Position numbers and translations under genes: made by a program. A model generated the notes under the pieces. It saw only the letters and a program-made list of their open reading frames with translations, was not told the origin of the DNA and did no database searches. A DNA stretch of 51,254 nucleotides, the filler included, from Jimgerdemannia flammicorona (taxonomy: Eukaryota): assembly GCA_003990765.1 (NCBI GenBank). It is 2 parts of 2 records of this genome, joined end to end, with 100 filler letters (N's around TTAATTAATTAA, not from the genome) between each part and the next. Parts side by side here need not be neighbours in the genome. Positions count along the whole stretch, not along the records: positions 1 to 25,581 come from RBNJ01000818.1; 1 more part is not named here. One strand, written 5' to 3'. Positions 11,974 to 22,145 of this stretch are shown piece by piece; positions within the stretch are counted from its first letter, which is position 1, and each line of letters starts with the position of its first letter.

Positions 11974-12747
11974 ATGTCCGAAAGCGCCCATCCCTCCGGT
12001 GACGAGCTCGACGCTGATCTCAAGGAGCAAGATCGCTTCCTACCCATCGCAAAGTACGCTTTCCCCCATCACATTTAGAGTCTTACCCTCCCTGGTCGCT
12101 CTTAATCTGCAATGTTGACCCATCTACACCTCTACTCTCCCTCCCGCTTCCAGCGTCGCCCGCATCATGAAGCGTGCCCTCCCTGAGAACGCCAAGATTG
12201 CCAAGGAGGCCAAAGAATGTGTCCAGGAGTGCGTCTCCGAGTTCATCTCGTTCATCACCAGCGAATATCCTCTGAATGCCATCTACTTTATTCGCATGTT
12301 CCTTTGATCGCCGTCTTTGGAACCCTTTGAGCACGGGCATGCGGGGTGAACTTGGAGACCCCATTTTGTTGTTTCTCCTTAACTCTTCCGAGGAATCTCC
12401 TTCCTCCAATTACAGCCAGTGACCGGTGCCAGCAAGAGAAACGGAAAACGATCAATGGCGAAGATATCCTTTGGGCAATGCAATCTCTGGGCTTTGAGAA
12501 CTATGCAGAGGCGCTCAAGATCTACCTCTCCAAGTATCGTGAGGTGCGTTTGGCCATCAATTATATATATTCCCATACCCACCTTCTCGCTGGTCCTGAT
12601 CGTCCACTGACCTGAGATGTGTCCTTGCGCACCCCCTCATCCCCGCCTCCCCTATTCCCCTTGCGCCGGCAGACGACCAAGATCGAGAGGGCCACAGCCA
12701 CAATGAAGGAAAAGGATGATGAGGGTGGGCTGTTCATGCAGCAACAG

Positions 12748-12788
<41 letters not shown>

Positions 12789-12852
12789 GGTCGCCGCCGC
12801 GGGTTATTTTCAGGGGATGGCCCCCCACTTCATGGAGAACCCGCAGAGCTGA
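11974..12852 (+). CDS. HAP3: CCAAT-binding factor subunit B (NF-YB/Hap3/HapC), histone fold; exons 11974-12053, 12154-12264, 12414-12543, 12673-12852; 166 aa
   Basis: The spliced product reads [90 protein letters not shown], the conserved NF-YB core. Confidence 0.95.
12265..12413 (+). other. U12-type (minor spliceosome) AT-AC intron, NF-YB intron 2, 149 nt
   Basis: 5' end ATATCCTCT, U12 branch box TCCTTAAC at 12376-12383, 3' end AC at 12412-12413. Removal restores ITSE/ASDRC exactly. Confidence 0.9.
12739..12789 (+). repeat. CAG/CAA repeat encoding Q17 in the NF-YB C-terminus
   Basis: 17 consecutive CAG/CAA codons. Confidence 0.95.
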
Positions 12853-13599
12853 TTACGTTATTTTTGTTTTCGAGGGTCGCTATTGGTTTGGTGAGGATGG
12901 GGAGGAGAACAAGGATGATGTGGGCGGTTCGGAGTGCTTATGGTAGGGTGGGATATTAGGGTATCGGATTGAGACGCATTGATGGTGCGGATGTGCGAGA
13001 AATTGTGCGTGTGCTTGGGTGCATGATGTATGCCTCTCTAGACTAGCCATCTTTCTTCTATTGTTTCTGGTCCAGGTTCTCTTCTCGTCTCTTACCCCGC
13101 TACACCACTCCTACTCACCACGTATTTCTTGTGGGGGGGGTTTTTTTCTGTCTGTTTTCATATTTCATTTGGACATGTGTACAAAGAAAAGACGTTACCG
13201 CACTTCGTTTACGGACCATAGACGAGCTGTTGTATCTAACAGCTGTCCTGCCGCTGGGACACATTGACGTAATATATGTACATACTCCACCTTAACGCAG
13301 TGGAAGGATGGAGGTCGAGCTATACGTATGTTGAAAGCCAGAGATGGTACGGGAATGCAATTGCCTGATTACGAATTAAATGCAGATTCTCTGACAGTGC
13401 CGCGAGTTCGGAAAACGAGGATGCTATTGCACGATGATTCAGCGACGCTAAATAGTATCGTTGGTTAAACTACCTGCTGGTAAAGTGAAAAATATTTCAA
13501 TACAGCTGTTGTATAAGAATATTGTATAGCTTGTAAGATACATGTAGATCTCAATACATGTAAGTGATAGAAGAGAATGAGCTGCGATATATTTCTATC

Positions 13600-13989
13600 T
13601 TATTATTATTAATATTAAACTGTGAGTTGAGCTGATATTTTTTTTATTATATTTCAATAATGCGAATCTTATTAAATTTAACTAATATAAATATTTAAAT
13701 AAATTTATAATAGATTATTATATTATAAAAAATATTTAAAAATTAAATTATTGAAAAATTATATCTTCTAAATTTTAGTTTATTTGAAATTTTACTTAAA
13801 AAGATATATTTTAATTAAATAATACTATTTATTTAAGAAAATAATATAAATATATAATACTAATTAAAATTTATATTATATATTATATTATAATAAATAT
13901 TTAACTTGAAAAATATTCAATTTCTTTATCTTAAATATTTCTCTTTTTGACTTTTAGAGTTAATTATAAGATAAGTTTAAAGTATATAT
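13600..13989. repeat. Extremely AT-rich eroded repeat, partly homologous (inverted) to 747-795
   Basis: The reverse complement of 13896-13940 (aaatatttaagataaagaaattgaatatttttcaagttaaatatt) matches 747-795. Confidence 0.5.
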
Positions 13990-15519
13990 TATAACGGTGA
14001 CCCCAGAATGATAACATCAGCACAGAAGACAGTCTTTCCTTGCAAGCCACCAGATCGGAGCACAAGAAGATCATATGGCATATGAGATGAGTAATGATGA
14101 CCAACTGTGAGTCATTGTGACCACAGTACAAGCATCCTGAGGAATATAAAAGAAGGATCAAGGAACTGCAGTAACAGCAACCAACAAGACCCACCAATCT
14201 CAAAATAGCTCAAAGACTCATTACAAACAAAATGTCTGCTGCCTGCTAAACCTCAAGGTCAAGGAACCACCAAGGCATCTCAGTTGAAGAGAGGATGTTT
14301 CAAGACATCAGAAGAGCCATGAGAACCTGCTCAAGAAGAACTCCTAGTATCAACCTGGGTACTAGTGATTCTTATCACTATATCCTCTACTACTATGAAA
14401 TGGAAACAAGGATCATTATTGCTACCAAATGTCTCCAAATATAGTAGAAGTATAAAATAGGAAACCTCCTCTGCTGGGAGTTCTCACAGGCCAGCCCTCA
14501 AGAGTTACAAGATGCCACTTCCATGGATATACATGAGGTAAGAATGGCTAAGAAGATCCATCAGATCTTCAGGCATATACCATGGTCAATCTCTAACTTG
14601 GAGTATGTTAGAGTCTCAGATTTCAGAGATATGTCATTCTGCTATATCAATGCACTAGAAGCCAGAGTGGCTACAGAAGCTCAGTCTACTATCACCCTCA
14701 ATAGTGATGAAGTAGAAGACTTCTGGCATCCTATCCTTCAGGACAACCCAGACCAATTTCTGCAAGGATTGATCTCAGTATTCCAAGGCCCAAGCATCCA
14801 GATTAGACCTCCCCAAGATCCCACATTTGTTTTCTATTTTGTGGAAGAGAACCTTATAGACTAGAGAGCTCCAGACCTCCTTTCTACCACTGAACATGAT
14901 GACTTCATCAGTGATGACATCATCCTGTACAACATTGAAGCATGCAAAACATGTGATATACGCGAGACATGCAACCTATGTGATGATAACAACAATAATG
15001 ATGAATTCGCAGACCTCATCTCCTTCAAAGACATCCTGATCTCTGATGATGAAGCCTCTATAGTCCTGAACATTCTGCTCTAAGTCTCTTGGTTACACTG
15101 AATAATGCCAGCACTGGCATTTGATGTAATACTGAATAATGCCAGCACCAGTATTCTGAACCTGTACAACTATCAGTGCCGACCCTGGAACTTAGTAGTT
15201 TTTCCTATTCTGGCATTTTATTTTAGTTATTGGAATTTATATTTAGCTTTATATCTTAGCAATTATTGAATTATATTTTGTATAAATACTCCTCTTATTT
15301 CTTCTAAAATAAAGTCAGTCAACTCAGTACAATATACACACTTCCTTACAAGCAATCTAAGAGATAACAAGATAGTTAAAGATAAGAAGTTTGAGAACTA
15401 TAAGACCTTGGGAAGGTACTCCAATAAGAACTTACTTATAACAAACTTGAGTTAGTCTAAGAGATATACCTTGAAAAGAATCTGGCATATTTGAAGGATT
15501 CAGCGACTACTACATAACA
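13990..15519 (+). repeat. 5' LTR of element A (~1.53 kb), followed by a PBS-like TGGTGCC at 15523
   Basis: Starts TATAACGG (probably mutated TGTAAC) at the compositional boundary and ends ...TAACA 3 nt before TGG. TATA boxes at 14145 and 15281, AATAAA at 15308. No partner LTR is present to confirm the limits. Confidence 0.65.
14232..15083 (+). pseudogene. LTR-encoded accessory ORF of unknown function (copy A), 4 premature stops
   Basis: Single frame from ATG 14232 with stops at 14247, 14442, 14445 and 14862; collinear protein similarity to the ORF at 21932-21105. Confidence 0.8.
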
Positions 15520-15575
15520 ACTTGGTGCCTATTGGCTGGTGATTCAAGATGAATCTCTCACTTTCAAGCTAAAAA

Positions 15576-18500
15576 ATGAACAACCTCCACAATAACTACC
15601 CTGACTACAAGAGTCACCCCTGCAATAATTCAAGACAAGATAGAAATGTGTCTCCCCACATTCTATGGATATACTACTGAAGAGTCAATCCTGACCTTCA
15701 TTGAAGACTTTGAACAATTTGCCACCATATAAGCTCTTAGTGTGGATGCACAATTGGCCCTTCTACCAGTCAGTCTCAGAGGACCTATCAGAGATAAGTT
15801 CAATGCAGCCACTATTGCTGATAATGGTGCAGCCAAACTTGCCAACATAAAGGCCTTTCTCAGAATAACATATTATACTGAAGAGATCAAGCAAGCTTTC
15901 AAGAATTAACTCAATATTATCTGTCAGAGACTTAGTGAAGATCTCAACTCATTCTATACCCAAATATACCATCAGATTGTCCTGGCTGGCTATGATGATG
16001 CCCTCAAGGAACAAATAGCAGATTCAACCTTCCTCAAAGGAGTTCACTCTGAAATTGCCCTAGCAATCTGGTCTACCCCAGCTGCACTGACCCTTGATCA
16101 GAAAGTGGTCTTTGTACAGAGATATTGGACTGCTAGATACCCTGTTAAACACTCAATAGAGAAAATAACTGGCATCAAGATGGAGCCATCAAAGCCAACT
16201 AGTATTATACTTGCCACAGTTGTAAACAGACAACCAACCCTACCTACTCCTAAGGCAGCCAAAGCTGACCCAGTGGAAGAACTTGCCAAGCAGTTCACTG
16301 AGATAACTACACACCTTGGTGATGTTGTTAGAGAAGTCTGAAGCACCAATAGGAGACTAGTACAGAGATTTGCAGCTACTACAGAAGAATGCAATATCAC
16401 ATGCTTCAGATATAGAGAAGAAGGCCACTATATAAAGAATTGCATGACCAAAACAAGATGCAAAGCCCAACCAAGCAATGCTAGCAGAACCAGAGAACAA
16501 ACCAATGCAGTAGTCATCAAGGAGATTAGTAACACTGATGATGAAGAATACTACAAGGAGCTCAAATTCTACCCTGCTACTGAAGGTACCAGAACCCGGT
16601 CCAAGCCCTATGATAAGAAGAGCAACAGCAAGCCAGTTGGAAGACCAAAGAAGACCCCAGCTGTCACTATTCAAAGCAAGACCCAATCTGAGGAGATTGA
16701 TCAAGATATGGAGTTAGATAAAGCTGCCCACCAAATTATTGAAGGAACTACTCCAGTCTCAGGAGAAAGTGAGAGCAAGAAGGAACAGAAGCTGTGCAAG
16801 ACCAAGATCCATCAGTATGATATCTACAAGGACCTCAAGGAACAGAAGGTCAATGCTACTTTTGGACAACTAGCTGAAGTCTCTACCTTCAGACAACAGT
16901 TGAGAGTAGGACTTGTAACTACTGCCAAAAATCAAGAGTACAAGATTGTAGAAGCTCACAATGCACAAGAAGAATCTGAAAACTCAGGTGAAGAATCCAA
17001 AGACCAGTACAAGACATCAGCCTATACCCCATGTCAGATTGAAGACTGTATATTTGATGCCATCATTGATACCGGTGCTGGAGGATGTCTTATGAGCAAG
17101 AAGACAATTGACCACCTAGGTTGGGACATTGAAGAGTCTACCAAGATGGTCTATGTTACAGCAGATGGTATACAAGCTACCCTCCTTGGTAAAATCTGAG
17201 AAGTCTCCATCAAGATAGGAGGAGCTACCATCTCAGTAGACATGATTGTTATAAGTGCTACCAACTATAACATTCTCATTGGCAACCAATGACTTCACAA
17301 GGTCAAGGCCATCATTGACCTCAATGCCCAGAAGATACAGATCAACTATAGAGAAAGAAAGGTATGAGTCTCTATCAATGTCCACAAAGGAGTCCTACCA
17401 GACATAGAGGAAGGAGATGAAGAGGACACAGAGGTCTTCATGCACTTGGTGAATAAGAACAAGAACAAGACACCCAAGCTCACAGATGAGCAGTGGTACA
17501 ACAAGATCATCAATGGCTATACCCCTCAAGGAAGATACCCCCATAGTACTAAGATGTACTACTCTGAACACCTGAATGACTGCTGGTCCTATATCAGTGA
17601 AGTCAGGAAAATCTGCCAACAGAAATATGAGCAAGAAGCCACTGAAGCAAAAAGAAAAGCCAAAGAAGATGACCAGCCCCCAGAGCTTCAGGCTGACAGT
17701 GATGATGAGGAGGAACAAGAGTCAGACATCACCCTCAAGGTCAAGAAGTTTCACCCTAAAGCCAAGATCTCAGAATACAAGACTGAAGGAGCTATAGGAA
17801 TAGACCTTGCCAGCATTCAAGATACTACTCTTGAACCACAGACCACCACCCTACTTGGCACTGGAATTAGAGTCAAGCTGCCAGAAACCATGCCAGAATT
17901 ATCAAGACCAGGAGCAGTCTGGCCAAAAGTGAAATCTCAGTTGAAGGAGGAGTAATTGACCCTAATTACACTGGCAAGATCTTCCTCATAGTCAGGAATC
18001 ACAACCCCACCACCCCATTCAAAGTCAAGAAGCATGATAAGATTGGCCAGATGCTGATCCACGAAATCAAGAAGCCCAAGATCATAGAAGCCATCAAACT
18101 CATCAAGACCAAGAGAGGAGAACAAGGCTTTGGATCTACTGGAAGAGGAGCCTATGCTACCACCAAGATTACTGAACTTGAGCATAAGAAAGACAAGGGC
18201 CAGAATAAGCACACATACACTATTGGAGAAAACTTTCCCCTGGAAGAACAACTTCTCAAGATTCTGTATCAGAATGAAGAAGTACTTGTTACAGACTTCA
18301 GAGATATCCACAATCAAGAACCCAAATACTACCATGAAGTTGACACTTGTGATATCAAGCCTATCTACTAGAAAGCCAGACTCATACCACCTGCCTACAG
18401 AGAATGGCTGTGAGCAGAACTCAAGGAAATAGAAGAAGCTGGAATCATCAAGCAAGCTATCAGCCCCTGGGCCTCACCCATTGTCCTTGCCTTAAAGAAA

Positions 18501-20310
18501 GGAAGCAAGCCTGGAGAGTTTGTGCCAAGACTCTGCATTAACTACAGGAAGATCAATGCTATTACTAAGAAGGATAGACAGCTCTTGCCAAATATTCAAG
18601 AAATCCTTACCACTCTTGGAAGTGAAGTCAAATACTACACCACCTTAGATCTGTTCTCAGGCTTCCATCAGATTGGTCTCACTCAAGATACTAGTGAGAA
18701 ATCAGCCTTCATCACACCTGATGCCACCTATATCTACCTGTGAATGCCATTTAGAATATGCAATGCCTCAGTAAGTTTTCAGTAAATGATGAACAGAGTC
18801 TTCAGCAACAAGATTGAAAAATGGCTCTTTATCTATGTTGATGACATGATTATCTTCAGCAACACTGTACAGAAACATATCAATCACATACAACTAGCCC
18901 TCAAGAAGCTCAAGGAGCATGGCCTTTATATCAAGCCCAAGAAATGCAAGTTTGTGGCTCAGGAAATCACCTATCTAGGACACCTCATCAATCAGACTGG
19001 AATCCACACAGACCCCATAAAGATTGAGGCTATTGTAGCCTACCCAAGATCCAGAACAACTACAGAAGTCCATGTCTTCCTTGGACTGGCCAGCTACTAT
19101 AGAAGATTCATCAAAGGATATTCCAACATTGCAGCACCTATCTATAAGCTACTGAAGAAGGAGACCAAATTTGAATGGACCAAGAAGTACCAAGAAATCT
19201 TCAATGAACTCAAGACCAGGTTGACCCAAGCACCTATTCTCAGAAGACCAGACTGGAACCTAGAATTCATCCTGCAGACAGATGCGAGTGCTATAGGACT
19301 TGGAGCAGTCCTAGCTCAGAAGAAAGATAGATATGAATATGTCATCTCCTATGCAAGCTGAGGTACCTGCAGAGTAGAACAGAACTATGAGTCATGTAAG
19401 CTTAAATGCTTAGCAGTAATCTGGGCAGTAGACAAGTTCCACTACTACCTAGCTGGGAAACACTTCACTATTCAAACAGACCATTCTGCTCTTGCCTAGC
19501 TATTCCACACTCTGAACCCCAAAGAAATATATGCCAGATAGATCTACAGACTATAAGAGTATAACTGTACTATCAAGCACTACTCAGGAAGACCCAACAC
19601 CAATACTGATACACTCTCAAGGACATCCCAAAACACCCCCATCAAGACTATTCAACATGAATAAGGAGCTATATTATGGATTAATCAGCTACCTTGGGCA
19701 GCAGAAGATGCCCAACCACCTCAAACTCTGGACAATCACCATTATCAACCAGACTTAGAAACAGTTTGAACTAGACAACACTATACTCAGAAAAGAAGAA
19801 AAGCTAGTAATACCCAAGTACAAGAAGTATCAAGTAATGAAGGAAGTACATGAGCAAGGATACCTAGGAGGAACCAATACATATGACAAGGCAAGAAGAA
19901 CTATATAGTGGATCAAGATAGAAGAAGACCTGCACCAATTTGTCAAAGGGTGTGACAAGTGCCAAAAACAGAAACAAGATCAGTAAGACCAGGCACCTGG
20001 GTCATCAAGAATTGAGCCTATTCCCTTCCACCACATTACAATAGATATCATTGGGCCACTACCAGTAATACTATCAGGAAACCACTATATTATAGTTATT
20101 ATAGACCTCTTTACCAAATGGATAGAAGCAGGAGCATTACAAGAAGCCAATGCCCTCTCTATAGCTGACTTTCTGCACTGAGAAATCATCTGCTGCTACA
20201 AGATACTGAAGCAAATCACAACAGACTATGGTATGGAATTTGTCAATAGATTTTATGAAATAATGTATCAGAAATACAAGATCCAGCACATCAAGACCAC
20301 TGCATACCAC
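15576..20310 (+). pseudogene. gag-pol of element A
   Basis: ORF fragments 16105-16341, 16444-17199, 17440-17955, 18051-18371, 18522-18743 and 18786-19361 carry the domains in Gypsy order. Confidence 0.88.
17731..18143 (+). pseudogene. dUTPase domain of element A (one frameshift near 17890)
   Basis: Motifs I-V recognisable: AIGIDL, TRSSLA, GVIDPNYTG, DKIGQ, RGEQGFGSTG. Confidence 0.9.
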
Positions 20311-22145
20311 TGTAATAACTCTCACTTCTACCCCTCTCTTATCCTTTGGATATTAGGGAAGTAGACTATTACTTAGGGACTTAGTACACAATGTGTACCA
20401 AGAAGCCTTTAGTTTGAGGAAGCACTCGCTTATAAGTAGTTGTAGCGGCAGTGCCTTATCTTTCAAAGGTCTTTCTCTTGTGCCCTATTTCAAGGGTCTT
20501 GTTCTTTGCTGTACACAGACTGAATTCACCTTAGAATTTAGGTTCAATGGGTTTACTTAAGTCTTTGGGGATTTATATACTGGTCTCAGTTCTGGCAGAA
20601 GTTAGCTAGACTTCTGGAGTTTAGTCAGAAACACTAGAGTCACTTAGATGTTATTACTAAGACTCAGAGGAATGTGTGTGTGTGGGGGGGGGACTTGATT
20701 CTTATATCAAGGACTAAACTAAAACTGCTTTATTTCGGATGGAAACTGGGGGGTATTTATACAAGTTGGTCCGCGATTTCTGACTAAGTATGAGTGACTA
20801 ATTTGGTAACTATAATGAGGTTTATGATCGCGACCTTTGTCAGGTGGTTTTTGGTAAAAAATATCTTTGTAATCAGGACCTCAATTACTAGGCAATGATC
20901 AGCAGCTATGGCAACTGTTGCTATGGTGCCGGTTGTCAGGGATAATCTAAATATCATTTTCCACATCATTTGTTTGCATCATTCATCACTCATTATTCAT
21001 ATGCCATACTTAATCGTATGATGACGTCATCGCTGGGTCACGTGATTGTTCATCTCATCATGTCCCATCTGTTCACTCATTCATTCTATTATATCCTTCT
21101 CCCCTTAGAAATCAACATCCTCGTTGATTGAGAAATTGAGAACTAGGGGAGAGAAAGGTGGGGAATCCTCCTCAGGGTTGTTACCATCTTCTTCAGGGGC
21201 AGGGGGAGTGGTTACTGGTGGTTCACTGTCTAGGATAGAGAAGTTAATGAGGTCTGCAAATGGTTCTTGCATTGGGACAGGTGCTGGTGTAGGGGTTCTC
21301 CATCTGATGCGGTTGGGGCCATCCAAGTAGGGCTCTTGATCTTCATACCTGGGAATATCCATTTGGATAGGTGGTCCTTTAAAGAGGTCAGAGAGGCCTT
21401 GGAGCCATTGGTCAGGGTTGTCATTCAGGAGGGGGCTCCAATGAGGTTCGATGTCAGTAGACTTGAGGGCAATCCAGGAGTTGGCTTCTTGGGCGACCTT
21501 GACTTCTAGGGCATCGACCTCAGGAAAAGAGAGGTTCTGGAAGTCCTTCAGTTGTATGTAGTTGAGGTTGGAGATTGTGAATGGTACATGGCACATGATT
21601 TGATGGACCTTCTTGGCAAGTCTTTGCTCATGCCTGTCTAGGTGAGTCCAGTCAGAGACCTGGTCCATGGGTAGGCCACTTGTATGTTGGAGAAGCTGGT
21701 GACTGATTTCATATTCATGCCAGATTTCTAGGTGACTAGTAGTAAGGTAGGCCCTTTCAATAATTTCATGGCAGTCAAGGACATATTGTCCTAGGTCTGG
21801 GCTGGAGAGGTTAAGGGCCTCTGAGCAGTGGTTCCTTCCTTGGATAGCAACCTGGATGTGTCCAAAGAGGCAGTCAACCTGGCTTGAGAGGGGCTGGCTA
21901 TGGTGGGCAGTTTAGTGGCAGGTAGTAGGTATTCTTGTCTTGTCTTTTCTTTGTGAGAAGAGGGGGATGAGAGTTGCAGAATATTCTTGCCTTGGGTATT
22001 TATACTTATTCACCTGTCTGATGTGACCTTCCTTTGGTCACACTTTCTGGCAAAATGCATGACCTGTGCTGTAAGTAGGGTATGTGCTAGTCATATGAGA
22101 AAAATCCTGATTTTAAAGATATCATCACTTATAATTATGGTTACA
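20311..22145 (-). mobile_element. Long LTR 'B' (~1.83 kb) carrying the accessory ORF; flanks do not form a TSD
   Basis: Minus-strand termini TGTAACC (22145) ... TTATTACA (20311); TATAAATA at 22004 and 20761; AATAAA at 20734. It interrupts the element A integrase. Flanks are ACCAC and CAGAG. Confidence 0.65.
21105..21932 (-). pseudogene. LTR-encoded accessory ORF of unknown function (copy B), nearly intact
   Basis: Open frame 21911-21105. The likely start ATG>ATA is at 21932 with one TAA at 21914. Aligns with copy A, e.g. HEQRLAKKVHQI..ISNL..NDNPDQWLQGL vs HEVRMAKKIHQI..ISNL..QDNPDQFLQGL. Confidence 0.8.

Larger units (their letters stand above)
13990..20310 (+). mobile_element. Ty3/Gypsy LTR retrotransposon 'A' (LTR-gag-PR-dUTPase-RT-RH-IN), degenerate, cut off within the integrase
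   Basis: Zn knuckle CFR(Y)REEGHYIKNC, protease IIDTGAG, dUTPase, RT PRLCINYRKIN/YVDD, RNase H QTDAS and integrase IDIIGPLP..TDYGMEF. It stops at TTAYH where TGTAATAA begins (20311). Many TAA/TAG/TGA stops. Confidence 0.92.

Noticed and set aside
12261..12415. GC-AG alternative for NF-YB intron 2
   Set aside because: It would delete conserved residues of ITSEASD, and GCGAAT is a poor donor. The AT-AC model has both U12 signals and restores the protein exactly.
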